A stretch of DNA of 64,000 bases, from the NCBI GenBank assembly GCA_963806185.1, contig CAWDXE010000004.1:128001-192000 (forward strand). The letters are read 5' to 3'. This document shows positions 28,608 through 40,306 of this stretch, piece by piece. The stretch comes from an uncultured candidate division Zixibacteria bacterium. GTDB lineage: Bacteria > Zixibacteria > MSB-5A5 > GN15 > FEB-12. How positions within the stretch are numbered: the stretch's first letter is position 1; every line of letters starts with the position of its first letter. A program made the position numbers and the translations under genes. The notes under the pieces are model-generated. The model made no database searches, was not told where the DNA came from, and worked only from the letters and a program-made list of their open reading frames with translations.

Positions 28608-29941
28608 TGTTTTATTCACCGGTCATAACCAACGCCGCCGAGGCGGCCCAAAACGAGAAGCTGCACCTCTTCAGGTACGTCGAGGATCCCAACCAGACGA
28701 AGCTCGAAACGTACGACTCCCACGGCGGCTATGCCGCCTGGAACAAGGTGCTGACGTCGATGAAAGCCGACGACGTCATCGCGACGGTGAAGAACTCCGG
28801 CCTCCGCGGCCGTGGCGGCGCCGGATTCCCGACCGGCATGAAGTGGAGCTTCGTGCCGAAGGCCTCGCCGAAAGCCCGCTATCTCGTTTGCAACGCCGAC
28901 GAATCCGAACCGGGCACCTGCAAGGACCGCGTCATCATGGAACGCGATCCGCACGCCATGATCGAGGGCATGGCCATCGCCGCCTTTGCGATCGGCAGTC
29001 ACCTGATGTTTGTCTATATCCGCGGCGAATTCAACCATAGCATCGACACCGTCATCGCCGCCATGCGCGAGGCCTACGCCAAGGGCCATCTCGGCAAGAA
29101 TATCTACGGCTCCGGCTACGACCTCGACATGGTCGTCCACACCGGCGGCGGCGCCTACATCTGCGGCGAGGAAACCGCTCTCCTCAATTCCCTGGAAGGG
29201 GAGAAGGGACTCTCGCGCATCCGTCCGCCTTTCCCGGCGATCGAAGGCCTCTACGCCTCGCCGACCATCGTCAACAATGTCGAAACCCTTTCGGCCGTGC
29301 CGCACATCATCAATCGCGGCGCCGAATGGTATCGCACGCTCGGCACTGAGAAATCCGCCGGCACCAAAATTTTCAGCCTCAGCGGCCATGTCAAACGCCC
29401 GGGCAACTACGAGGTCGAACTCGGCTTCAACCTGAAAAAGTTCATTTTCGACCCCGCCTACGGTGGCGGCATGCTCGGCGATAAAAAATTGAAAGGTGTC
29501 ATCCCCGGCGGTGCTTCCACTCCGTTCCTCACACCGGATATGATCGACGTCCCGCTCGACTACGAAGGACTCACCCAGAAAGGCTCCATGCTCGGCTCCG
29601 GGGCGGTCATCGTCTTCAACGAAGACACCTGCATCGTCTGGGTCATCTGGAAGCTGATTCATTTCTTCCGCCACGAATCCTGCGGCAAATGTACCCCCTG
29701 CCGTCAGGGGACAGCCTGGCTTGAACAGATTATTGAGCGCATCGAGCACGGTCAGGGACGTCCCGGCGATATCGAGAAGATCGAAGACGTGTGCGGCAAT
29801 ATCCTCGGACGAACCATCTGTCCGCTCGGCGATGCCGCCGTCATGCCCATTCAGAGCGCTATTAAACACTGGCGCGATGAATGGCAGCATCATATCGATA
29901 ATAAACAGTGCATGGTAAAGACTCACTTCGAGTTCAGATAA
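28607..29941 (+). CDS. nuoF: NADH-quinone oxidoreductase subunit F
   Basis: GLRGRGGAGFPTGMKW, NADESEPG, YICGEETAL and ESCGKCTPCR motifs. Confidence 0.97.
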   Translation: MFYSPVITNAAEAAQNEKLHLFRYVEDPNQTKLETYDSHGGYAAWNKVLTSMKADDVIATVKNSGLRGRGGAGFPTGMKWSFVPKASPKARYLVCNADESEPGTCKDRVIMERDPHAMIEGMAIAAFAIGSHLMFVYIRGEFNHSIDTVIAAMREAYAKGHLGKNIYGSGYDLDMVVHTGGGAYICGEETALLNSLEGEKGLSRIRPPFPAIEGLYASPTIVNNVETLSAVPHIINRGAEWYRTLGTEKSAGTKIFSLSGHVKRPGNYEVELGFNLKKFIFDPAYGGGMLGDKKLKGVIPGGASTPFLTPDMIDVPLDYEGLTQKGSMLGSGAVIVFNEDTCIVWVIWKLIHFFRHESCGKCTPCRQGTAWLEQIIERIEHGQGRPGDIEKIEDVCGNILGRTICPLGDAAVMPIQSAIKHWRDEWQHHIDNKQCMVKTHFEFR

Positions 29942-29949
29942 GGAATCGC

Positions 29950-32536
29950 GTGTCCGAAGACGCCAAAACTGACGTTCGTACCAAGGCCGATGAGCAAGCC
30001 AAGCCTGCCGTGCCCGCGGTCACGCTCACCATTGACGGACGGCAGACCACCGTCCCTAAAGGCACCACCGTGCTTCGGGCCTCCCTTGATATGGGTATCA
30101 AGATTCCCTTTTTCTGCTGGCACCCCAAGCTCAAGCCGGTCGGCGCCTGCCGCATGTGTTACGTCGAAATCGAAAAGATGCCCAAGCTCCAGGTCTCGTG
30201 TGCCACAGAATGCACCGAAGGCATGATCGTCCACACCGATTCCCAGCAGGTGCTCGACGGACGCCGGGCCATCATCGAATTCACGCTGCTCAACCATCCG
30301 CTCGACTGCCCCACCTGCGACAAGGGGGGAGAGTGCGATTTGCAGGACTTGACTGTCGCACACGGCTACGACGACTCCCGCTTCGATTTCGAAAAGCACC
30401 GGCATATCGAAGACGAAGTGCACACCACTTTCGACGATCTGCCGATCGGCCCGGAGATCATTCTCAACCGCAATCGCTGCATCCTTTGTTACAAGTGCGT
30501 TCGCTCAAACAAAGAGGCTTTCGGCGAATACGATCTGGGCGCCTTCGAGCGTGGCGATCATACCGAAATCAACGCCGCCCCGAATCAGCAGGTCGACAAT
30601 CCCTTCTCCGGCAACCTGGTCGAGATCTGCCCGGTTGGCGCGCTGACCAATACCGATTGGCGCTACAAAATCCGCGTCTGGCTCACCGAAAAAATCGCCG
30701 CCGTTGATCCCTTTGGCTCATCCGGCATTAACATTAATCTTCAGCCGCGAACAGCATCAGAACAAGATCTTCCGCATCACGTCGCGGCGTAACGACGATA
30801 TCGATGACGGCTGGTTGCCCGACGTCACCCGCTACGGCTACCAGCTGGTGCAGTCCATCGAACGTCTGCAGAAACCGCTCATCAAGAAAAACGGCCAACA
30901 GGTGCAGGCGACGTGGGAAGAAGCCTTGGCCGTCATTGCCATGCGCCTCAAATCGATCAATGAGCAGCGCGGTTCCGTCTGTATCGGCGGCCTCGCCGGC
31001 CCTCAGCTCGATAACGGTTCTCTCTACGCCTTCAACAAGTTTTTGCGTACCGTCATCGGCACCAATGCCGTCGACTCTCGCTACGACTACAAGCACCTGC
31101 CCGCGACCGGCGATTCAATCTGGCAGGCCGCGTCGTCGCGACCGTTCTCGATCAACCAGATCGACGCCTCCGATGTCATCGTCACCTTCGGCACCGATCT
31201 CCTTCGCGAACACCCCAACGAATACCTGCGCATTCGTAAGGCCTGCGCCTTCAACAATGCCCGGTACTTTGCCGTCAATCCGTATGCGACCAAAACGGCC
31301 GACGTCGCCCGGCTGGAATTGACCTACACTCCCGGCACCGACGAGCTGATGCTCACCGCCATCTGTCTGGCCGCCATCGAAGAAAATCTGGTTCCACCGG
31401 CTGAAGCTTCCGCTCTCAAGGCCAAATTGCCGTCCACCTCGCTCAAAGAACTCGTCGAGGTGTGTGGAGTCGACGAATCGGAATTGAAATTCCTGGCCCG
31501 CGCCATCGCGGAAGGGAAGAAGGTCACCTTCTTCGCCGGCGAACTGGTCAGCACCAGCATCGCTCGCGAGACGATCGCCTCCGCGCTGTCCAATCTGAAT
31601 CGTCTCTTCGGTCTCGATCAGAAGGGCCAACTGGCTATCCTGCCGCGCCATGCCAATAGCAATGGCGCTGATCGCCTTGGCGCGGTCGCGACTCCTCTGC
31701 CGCAGGTCAAAGACGCGCTGAAAAAACTCTGGGGAGAATTCCCCGATACCGACCCCTGCAACACCGACGAGATGTTCGCCCGTGCCCGTAAAGACGAACT
31801 CGATGCCATGCTGATAATCGGCGCCAACCCGGTCATGCTCTACCCCGATCGCGAATTTGCCCGCGAAGCCATCGATAAACTCGACTTCCTGGTAGTCGCC
31901 GACCTCTTTGAAACCGACACCACCGCTCTCGCCGACGTTGTCCTGCCCCTTACCAGTTGGGCCGAACAAGCCGGCGACTTCATCAATCTGGAAAACAAGG
32001 TTCAGCGCTCTCTGCCTGGCATCAAGCCGGTCGCCGAATCGAAGTCGGCCGTCGACATCCTGACCGCCATCGCCGACGAAATGGGTCAGCGCCTCTTCGC
32101 GACCGATCGCGACTGCGCCGCCGAAACCGCCCGTTTGCTCGAGGTCGGCCCTTATCTGCCGCTCCCGAAAGAGTATCTCGCGATCACCCCGGCCACCGAA
32201 CCTGCCGATGCCGACCACCCGTTTGTGCTGGTCGTGGGCGATGACCCGCATCACGCAGGCTACTTGACCGAGAAAGCTACCTCGCTTTCGAATTTCGTCA
32301 GCGAAGCGTATGTTGAAATCGCTCCCGCCACCGCCGCCAAACTCGGCGTGAGGGAGAAGGGGATGGTGCGCCTCGAAACCAAAACGGCCAAAATAATCCT
32401 TCCGGTGCGCCTATCCGACTACCTTGATAATGACGTTGTCCTCGTGCCGCGCAACTTCGCGGCCGCCCGGGTCAACAGTTTATTGAGTCGCACCAAACGT
32501 GTGGATCGGGTCAAAGTTACCCGCATGGACGCCTGA
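29950..32536 (+). CDS. nuoG: NADH-quinone oxidoreductase subunit G (frameshift ~30730)
   Basis: FCWHP, GACRMC, HPLDCPTCDKGGEC-LQD, RCILCYKCVR and CPVGAL; molybdopterin-oxidoreductase-like C-terminal part in the next frame. Confidence 0.92.
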
Positions 32537-32538
32537 GC

Positions 32539-33566
32539 ATGCTTGAGACAATCATCATATCCTCCATTCAGGTCATATTCGTTATGGTGTGCGTCCTGAC
32601 CGGGTGTGCCTGGTCCACCTGGCTCGAACGCAAGGTGGTGGGTCATATGCAGCATCGCTTCGGCCCCACCTATGCCGGCCCTTATGGATTACTGCAGCCC
32701 ATTGCCGATGCCGTCAAACTGATTTTTAAAGAAGACATCATTCCCAGCAACGTCGAGCGTATCACCTACGCCCTCGCGCCGATTCTCGCCTTCATCCCGT
32801 CGATGCTCTCGTTTGCCGTGATTCCGTTCTCACCGGACTTCACCGTCTTTGGCTACCACTTCAACGGCATGCTCTCCGATCTGAACATCGGCATCCTGTT
32901 TGTCTTCGCCGTCACTTCGCTCGGCGTCTACGGCATTATTCTCGCCGGTTGGTCATCGGGATCGAAATACTCTCTGCTCGGCGGCATCCGATCGTCGGCG
33001 CAAATGATTTCCTACGAGATCAGCTACGGCCTCTCGATCATCGGCGTGATCCTGGTGGCCGGCACGCTTTCGATGCGCGAACTGGTGGACATGCAGGACG
33101 GGCACTTCCTCTATGTCATCCCGACTGGTTTCGTCTTCAAGGCAGCCGTTCGGCTTCATCCTCTATTGATCTGTGCGCTATCGCCGAAACCAATCGCGCC
33201 CCCTTCGACCTCCCCGAAGCCGAATCCGAACTCGTCGGTGGTTATCATACCGAGTATTCGTCCATGCGATTCTCGATGTTCTTCATCAGCGAATACGCCA
33301 ACATGCTGGCCGTCGCTTGCGTCGGCACTACCCTGTTTCTCGGCGGATGGCAATCCCCCTTGCCCTGGAACTTGCCGTGGTATTTTTTCGGCGACGGTGT
33401 CCTCTGCTTTCTCGCCAAAGTAGTGCTCTTTATGTTCTGTTATGTCTGGTTGCGCGCCACCTTCCCTCGGTTGCGCTACGACCAGTTGATGAATTTCGGA
33501 TGGAAAGTGCTGTTCCCGTTAGCTATTGCCAACACGCTCATCACCGGTTACTTCGTGTTGCGCTGA
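32539..33566 (+). CDS. nuoH: NADH-quinone oxidoreductase subunit H (indels ~33140-33175)
   Basis: [16 protein letters not shown] and AQMISYE; next frame gives [17 protein letters not shown] and PRLRYDQLM. Confidence 0.92.
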
Positions 33567-33593
33567 TCGGATAGGCTGAAGGATAGATGTGTT

Positions 33594-34100
33594 ATGAAAG
33601 AGATTCTTAGAGCGTTCGGCCATGTGATCTGGAAGATGCCGCAAGGCTTCCTGGTGACGCTGAAGTACTTCTTTAAGAAGCCGGTTACGCTGGACTATCC
33701 GAAGAAGAAGAAGCCGATGGCCCCGCGCTATCGCGGCAAACACTACCTCGAACGTTACGACGACGGCACCGAACGCTGCGTTTGCTGCGGTCTGTGTGCC
33801 GCGGCCTGTCCTGCCGACGCCATCTACATGGAACCGTCGGAAAACGAAAAGGGCGAACGCTTCGCCAAAGTGTACGAAATAAATCTCCTGCGGTGCATCT
33901 TCTGCGGCTTCTGCGAGGAAGCCTGCCCCGAGGAAGCGATCTTCCTCGGTCGCGAATACGAATTCTCCGATGACAACCGCAACTCGTTCATTTATACCAA
34001 GGAGCAGATGCTGGTCCCGTACCCGCGCAAGGACAATCCGTTCAAACGGATCTACCGCCGCGTGCGCAAAGTCTACGGTGTGCCGGACGCGACACGATGA
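33594..34100 (+). CDS. nuoI: NADH-quinone oxidoreductase subunit I
   Basis: CVCCGLCAAACP and RCIFCGFCEEACP ferredoxin motifs. Confidence 0.96.
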   Translation: MKEILRAFGHVIWKMPQGFLVTLKYFFKKPVTLDYPKKKKPMAPRYRGKHYLERYDDGTERCVCCGLCAAACPADAIYMEPSENEKGERFAKVYEINLLRCIFCGFCEEACPEEAIFLGREYEFSDDNRNSFIYTKEQMLVPYPRKDNPFKRIYRRVRKVYGVPDATR

Positions 34101-34684
34101 CACTCGACGTTGTCATATTCTTCATCTCGGCTGTGGTGGCCGTTTTCGGCGCGACTATGATGATCGCCCAGCGCAATCCGGTCGCCTCCGTGCTCTACCT
34201 GATCCTCTCCCTGGTGGCTCAGGCCGTCTGTTACGTTCAGCTTGGCGCCCTCTTTCTCGGCTCCCTGCTCGTTATCGTCTACGCCGGCGCCATCATGGTG
34301 TTGTTCTTGTTTGTCATCATGCTGCTCAACCTGCGCGGCTCGGAGGATTTGGGCAAGCCCTCTTCGCGGCTCGGCCGTTTCACCAAGGTGATCGTCGCGA
34401 TTCTCCTTGTCGTCGAACTGCTCTTCGTCGTGAAGAGCGTGGTGCTACCGGTGGTCCCCACCGGCATCATGGTCGCTCCCTCCGAGTTCGGCTCCGTCCC
34501 GTCAGTATCGAGACTGCTCTTTACGAAATATTTGTATCCGTTCCAGCTGACCGGCATCTTGCTCTTGATCGCCGTCGTCGGCGCCGTGGTGATCGCCCGC
34601 AAGGATCGCGATGATGACCACCTGGACGAGGAACACAAGCCGGAAGCGGTCGACGTTGACACCCCCACGAAGGCGGTGAGGTAG
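34097..34684 (+). CDS. nuoJ: NADH-quinone oxidoreductase subunit J
   Basis: NPVASVL and VYAGAIMVLFLFVIMLL motifs. Confidence 0.95.
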   Translation: MTLDVVIFFISAVVAVFGATMMIAQRNPVASVLYLILSLVAQAVCYVQLGALFLGSLLVIVYAGAIMVLFLFVIMLLNLRGSEDLGKPSSRLGRFTKVIVAILLVVELLFVVKSVVLPVVPTGIMVAPSEFGSVPSVSRLLFTKYLYPFQLTGILLLIAVVGAVVIARKDRDDDHLDEEHKPEAVDVDTPTKAVR

Positions 34685-34687
34685 GCT

Positions 34688-34990
34688 ATGGTACCTGTCT
34701 CGGCATACTTGATTCTCGCCATCGTCCTCTTCGGCATCGGCACCATCGGTGTCATGATCTCGCGAAACATGATCGTCCTGTTCATGGCGATTGAACTGAT
34801 GCTCAACGCCGCCAATCTGGCCCTGATCGCTTTCTCGCGCGCGATTGGCAACATGGATGGCCAGGTGTTTGTCTTTCTGGTCCTGACGGTCGCCGCCGCC
34901 GAGGCCGCCGTCGGTCTGGCGATGATTATTACGATTTATCGCAACCGGGACTCGATCAATATCGACCGGTTCAGCATGATGAAATGGTAG
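34688..34990 (+). CDS. nuoK: NADH-quinone oxidoreductase subunit K
   Basis: [10 protein letters not shown] and [11 protein letters not shown] motifs. Confidence 0.96.
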   Translation: MVPVSAYLILAIVLFGIGTIGVMISRNMIVLFMAIELMLNAANLALIAFSRAIGNMDGQVFVFLVLTVAAAEAAVGLAMIITIYRNRDSINIDRFSMMKW

Positions 34991-35000
34991 GAAAGGTCTG

Positions 35001-36948
35001 ATGTCCGAGTATCTGTTTCTCATCCCGCTGCTGCCGCTGATCGGCTTCGTGATCAACGGCCTTCTGCTTGGGACGTCTCCCCAAAACGCTGGTCTCGCTG
35101 ATCGCCTGCGGTACGGTTGGCCTGTCCTTCGTACTCTCAGTCATGCTCTTCTTCCAGCTTAAGGCGATGCCGGTCACCGAGCGCGTCATCACTCAGATCC
35201 TCTGTACCTGGATTCCCTCCGGCTCGTTTAACGTCAACATCGGCTTCATGCTCGACCCGCTCTCGGCGGTCATGATCCTGGTCGTCACCGGTGTCGGCTT
35301 CCTGATTCACGTCTATTCCGTCGGCTACATGGCGCACGATCACGGCTACGGCCGCTACTTCGCGTATCTGAATTTGTTCACCTTCTCCATGCTCACGCTC
35401 GTGCTCGCCGACAACTATCTTCTCATGTTTGTCGGCTGGGAAGGAGTGGGACTCTGCTCGTATCTTCTGATCGGCTTCTGGTTCGAAAAGAAGTCAGCCT
35501 CCGACGCCGGGAAGAAGGCGTTCATCGTCAACCGGATCGGCGACTTCGGCTTCCTGCATCGGCCTTGTTCATCATCTTCTGGCAAGTCGGCTCGCTCGAT
35601 TTCCGCACCGTCATGGACCACGCCCCCACCGCCTTTGCCGCCGGTGGCGGCCTCATCACCGCCGCCTGCTTGCTCCTCTTCCTCGGCGCGACCGGCAAGT
35701 CGGCCCAGATTCCGCTGTATGTCTGGCTGCCCGATGCCATGGAAGGCCCCACGCCGGTCTCCGCACTCATCCATGCCGCCACCATGGTCACCGCCGGCGT
35801 TTACATGATCGCTCGTTCCAGTGTGCTGTACATGATGGCCCCCGACGCCCTTCTGGTTGTCGCCGGTCATCGGCGCCGCCACCGCCCTGTTTGCCGCCAC
35901 TATCGGCCTGGCCCAAAATGATATCAAGCGCGTGCTGGCCTATTCAACCATCAGCCAGCTCGGCTATATGTTTCTCGCCTGCGGTGTGGCGTCCTTCACG
36001 GCCGGCATTTTCCATCTGATGACCCACGCCTTCTTCAAGGCGCTTCTCTTCCTCGGCGCCGGGTCGGTCATCCATGCCATGTCCAGCGAACAGGATATGC
36101 GCAAGATGGGCGGCCTGAAAAAACATCTCCCGATCACCTATACGACCATGCTGGTTGCCACGCTGGCGATCGCCGGTATCCCCGGCTTCTCCGGCTTCTT
36201 CTCCAAGGATGAAATCCTCTGGAAAGCCTTCTCGTCGGCTCACGGCTCGGTCCTCCTCTGGCTCGTCGGGGCCGTTACCGCCGGTCTCACTGCCTTCTAT
36301 ATGTTCCGCCTGATCTACATGACTTTCCACGGCACCGAGCGGATGGACAAACACACCAAAGAGCATATCCACGAATCACCCCGGTCCATGACCGTACCGC
36401 TCATGGTCCTTGCCGTCCTCTCGGTCATTGGCGGCTGGATCGGCATCCCTCACGTGCTGGGTTTCCCCAACCTCTTCGAGGAATGGCTCGCGCCCGCCAT
36501 TGCCGGTGGTTCCGCTTTGCACGGTACCGAGGAAGCCCGTGCCGCTATGAGCGGGGGAGAGGCCGGACTCGAACTTTCGCTCATGCTGATTTCGATCATC
36601 ATCGCCGTCGTCGGCTGGCTCGGCGCCCGCTACTATTATTCGAAACATCCCGAGGCCGCCACCAAACTGGCCGAGCGCTTCTCCGGCTTCCGCAATCTGC
36701 TGGTTCATAAATATTACGTCGATGAAATCTACGGCGCCGTCATTGTGCGCCCGCTCGTCTACTTCTCGGTCTTTCTCTGGAAGATATTCGACGTGCTCAT
36801 CATCGACGGTCTCATTAACGGCGTCGCCGTCCTGTGGCGCGAAATTTCGGACACACTACGTTACGTCCAGTCCGGCCGGGTGCGCGGGTACGCCACCGTC
36901 TTCGTGCTGGGTGTCGTTGTTCTCGTGGCCTATATGGTCACCAGGTAA
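35001..36948 (+). CDS. nuoL: NADH-quinone oxidoreductase subunit L (three or more indels, ~35065, ~35560, ~35865)
   Basis: [12 protein letters not shown] start; [41 protein letters not shown] and [10 protein letters not shown] across three frames. Confidence 0.92.
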
Positions 36949-36951
36949 GGT

Positions 36952-38533
36952 ATGGGCATTGATATTCTGACATTAGTGACGTTTTTCCCGCTGGTCGGCG
37001 TGGTCCTTCTCCTCTTCGTCCCCAGCCGCCAGACCGACACGATCAAGGGCGTGGCACTGATCATCTCCTTCATCACCATGCTCGTCTCGTTTGCCCTGTA
37101 CTATCTGTTTGATCCTCTTGCCAGTGGCATGCAGTTCGAGCGCGTGATCCCCTGGGTCAGCTCGTTCGGCATCAACTACCATATGGGCATCGACGGCATC
37201 TCACTGCTGCTGATCGTCCTGACCACCGTCCTTTCCGTTCTGTGCGTGATCGCCTCCTGGAACAGCATCACCGTCAACGTGAAGGGGTATTTCATTTCGA
37301 TGCTCCTCCTCACGACCGGCATGATCGGCGTCTTCTGCGCCCTCGACTTGTTCCTCTTCTACGTCTTCTGGGAAGTGATGCTGGTCCCGATGTATTTCCT
37401 CATCGGGATCTGGGGCGGCCCGCGTCGCGTCTATGCCGCCATCAAGTTTGTGCTCTTTACGATGTTCGGCTCGCTGCTGATGCTGGTCGCCATCCTCTGG
37501 CTCTACTTCAACAATCAGGCCGCCTCGGGCGAATACACCTTTGACCTTCTGCAGCATCATGCAAACGCCCATTCCGCCCGGCGCCCAGCTCTGGCTGTTC
37601 GGCGCCTTTGGCCTGGCCTTTGCCATCAAGGTGCCGCTCTGGCCGTTCCATACCTGGCTGCCCGATGCCCACGTTCAGGCACCGACGGCCGGCTCCGTCA
37701 TTCTGGCCGGCGTCCTGCTGAAGATGGGCACGTACGGTTTCCTCCGCATCTGCCTGCCGCTGTTCCCGGATGCCACCATCACCTTCATGCCGTACATCTC
37801 GGTTCTGGCTGTGATCGCGATCATCTATGGCGCGCTGGTCGCGATGGTCCAGAAGGACATCAAGTCGCTGGTCGCCTTTTCGTCGGTCTCGCATATGGGC
37901 TTTGTCATGCTCGGTATGTTCGCCCTCAACCTTCAGGGCCTGCAGGGCTCGGTTCTTCAGATGATTAACCACGGCGTCTCGACCGGTGCGCTCTTCTTTA
38001 TGGTGGGCATGATCTACGACCGCCGGCACACGCGCATGATCGAGGACTTCGGCGGCATCGCCAAAGTGATGCCGATCTATTCCGCCTTCTTCATGATCGT
38101 CACCCTGTCGTCGATCGGCCTGCCGTTTACCAACGGTTTCGTCGGTGAATTCCTGATCCTGCTCGGAACCTTCAAGGCCAACACCTGGTACGCCGTCTTC
38201 GCGGCCACCGGCGTCATTCTGGCCGCCGGCTATATGCTCTGGATGTACCAGCGGGTGATCTTCGGCAAGGTCACCAAACCGGAAAACGAAAAACTCGATG
38301 ATATCGGCTGGCGCGAACGCGGCATCCTGGTCCCGCTCGTCATTCTCATTTTCTGGATCGGTATTTATCCGAAGCCGCTGCTGACTCGGATCGAACCGGC
38401 CGTGAAGCAGGTTCTGACTCAGGTAGCACAGGCCAAAAACGCCCATCTCGACAGCCAGTTCCAGATCAGAATGGCCAATGAAATTCCGGTCGCACGACTC
38501 CCTGCAGTTGCGGGTGGAGAAGGAGGCCGGCAA
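36952..38533 (+). CDS. nuoM: NADH-quinone oxidoreductase subunit M (frameshift ~37550; 3' end runs in frame into the glutaredoxin ORF as assembled)
   Basis: GIDGISL and FWEVMLVPM; next frame gives [24 protein letters not shown] and SSVSHMG. Confidence 0.9.
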
Positions 38534-38755
38534 ATGAGCAATGTTACCATCTACACCAAGGACGGCTGCCCCTATTGCGCGGCGGCTAAGAAGCACTATA
38601 CGGATTTGGGCAAGCCCTTCACGGAAATTAACGTGCACCGCACGGCCGGCGCCAAAGAGAAGCTGCTCGCTCTGTCGGGCGGCCAGAGCATTGTGCCGGT
38701 GATTGTTGAGGACGGCCGCGTTCTGGTCGGCTTCGGCGGCGGTTGAGGAATTTAG
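38534..38755 (+). CDS. UXX-star glutaredoxin-like selenoprotein (73 aa, Sec at TGA 38744-38746)
   Basis: AGGAGG SD 7 nt before [13 protein letters not shown]...VPVI...VGFGGG-TGA-GGA-ATT-TAG (U-G-I-stop); hairpin downstream. Confidence 0.8.
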
Positions 38756-38760
38756 TATGA

Positions 38761-38778
38761 CGGCGACGGTCGTCGCCG
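38761..38778 (+). promoter_or_regulatory. Putative bacterial SECIS element
   Basis: cggcgac-ggtc-gtcgccg; apical loop starts with GG, 21 nt after the in-frame UGA. Confidence 0.7.
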
Positions 38779-38788
38779 AACCAAAATT

Positions 38789-40240
38789 ATGACTGACTAC
38801 ACTACTGCTCTCTCAGTTGACATCGGCCTGGTGCTGCCCCAGGTGGTTCTCCTTGTCGCCGCCTCGCTCATCATGATCTTCATTGCCTCCGTCCGGTTCC
38901 AGCGCCTCGCCCCGTATATCGCCATCGCCGCCTTCGGTGTCGCCTTTGGCCTGTCCGTCGCCGAGTGGAACTACCCCAGCGCCGGTTTCGCCGGCATGGT
39001 CACTGTCGACAACTTCGGCGTCATGTTCAACCTGATCTTTATCGCCGGTTCGCTCCTCTCACTCCTGCTCGCCTTCCGCTTCCTCCATGTGAAAGGTCTC
39101 GAGAAACCGGAATTCTACGTTCTCTTGCTCGTCTCTACGCTCGGCATGACGGTCATGGCCAATACCTGCGATCTGGTGGTCATGTTTCTCGGCCTCGAAA
39201 TCATGTCCGTGCCTTTGTACGTCATGGCCGGCCTGAATCGACGTTCGCTCGAATCTAATGAGGCCGGCATCAAGTATTTCATCATGGGTGCTTTTGCGAC
39301 CGCTTTCCTTCTTATGGGTATTGCCTTCATCTATGGCGCCGCACAGACGACTGATCTTCGCCGCCTGGTCGCCGACTTCAATTACATTCAGGACACCTAC
39401 AAGATCTATCTCTATGCCGGTGTCGCCTTCATCCTGGTTGGTTTCGGCTTCAAGATCGCCGCCGTGCCCTTTCATACCTGGGTTCCCGACGTCTACACCG
39501 GCGCTCCGACGCCTGTCACCGCCTTCTTCTCGGTCGGCCCCAAGGCGGCCGGTTTCGCGGTCATGCTGCGGATCTTTACGTTCGGCTTCGGTCAGCTTGA
39601 AATCGTCTCACAGGTGCTCTGGGTCATCGCCGTGCTCACCATGACCGTCGGCAATATCCTCGCCCTCCGCCAGGACAACGTGAAACGGATGCTCGCCTAT
39701 TCCTCGATCGCCCACGCCGGTTATATCCTGGTCGCGCTCACCGTGCGCAGCAGCGACGCTGTCTCGGCCGCTATCTTTTACCTGATTGCCTACACGCTCT
39801 TCAACCTCGGTGCCTTCGCCGTTCTCGTCGCTCTCGAGACCCGCTCCGGCATGAAATCGGAATTCTCTGAACTGAGCGGCATGGCCAAGGCCAGTCCCTA
39901 CCTTACGGCCGTCCTCGCCCTGTTCATGTTCGCCCTGGCCGGCTTCCCGCCGACCATCGGCTTCGTCGGGAAATTCTATGTCTTCTCCGCTGCCGTCAAA
40001 TCCGGGTTTTTATGGTTGACTGTCATCGGCGTTCTCAATTCATTCGTGTCGGTTTACTATTATCTGCGGGTCATCAAGACCACGTACTTTGACCAGTACG
40101 ATGGCCAGGCTGTCCCAGCGACCGTTTCGCCGGCCCTCTTTGTAGTCCTCGTCGTGACTGTCGCCGGCACACTCGGCCTCGGCTTGTTCCCGCAGCAATT
40201 GTTGGATCTGTCGCGCGCCGCTATCTTCGCCTTCCTGTAA
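38789..40240 (+). CDS. nuoN: NADH-quinone oxidoreductase subunit N
   Basis: EAGIKYFIMG, FKIAAVPFHTWVPDVYTGAP, KRMLAYSSIAHAGY and YYYLRVI motifs. Confidence 0.96.
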   Translation: MTDYTTALSVDIGLVLPQVVLLVAASLIMIFIASVRFQRLAPYIAIAAFGVAFGLSVAEWNYPSAGFAGMVTVDNFGVMFNLIFIAGSLLSLLLAFRFLHVKGLEKPEFYVLLLVSTLGMTVMANTCDLVVMFLGLEIMSVPLYVMAGLNRRSLESNEAGIKYFIMGAFATAFLLMGIAFIYGAAQTTDLRRLVADFNYIQDTYKIYLYAGVAFILVGFGFKIAAVPFHTWVPDVYTGAPTPVTAFFSVGPKAAGFAVMLRIFTFGFGQLEIVSQVLWVIAVLTMTVGNILALRQDNVKRMLAYSSIAHAGYILVALTVRSSDAVSAAIFYLIAYTLFNLGAFAVLVALETRSGMKSEFSELSGMAKASPYLTAVLALFMFALAGFPPTIGFVGKFYVFSAAVKSGFLWLTVIGVLNSFVSVYYYLRVIKTTYFDQYDGQAVPATVSPALFVVLVVTVAGTLGLGLFPQQLLDLSRAAIFAFL

Positions 40241-40306
40241 GCCGCTGATCGGCCCGCGACCATCGCGCTGGCCGAACCTCTGCCCGCGCCAAAGGAGTGC
40301 TGTTTC

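Noticed and set aside
25524..38533. Pseudogenisation of complex I (frameshifts in nuoA, D, G, H, L, M; also iorA, lpxD and the kinases)
   Set aside because: Motifs are intact on both sides of each break, essential lpxD is also hit, and the small indels are clustered. This fits low-coverage long-read errors rather than decay or programmed frameshifting; polishing would decide.
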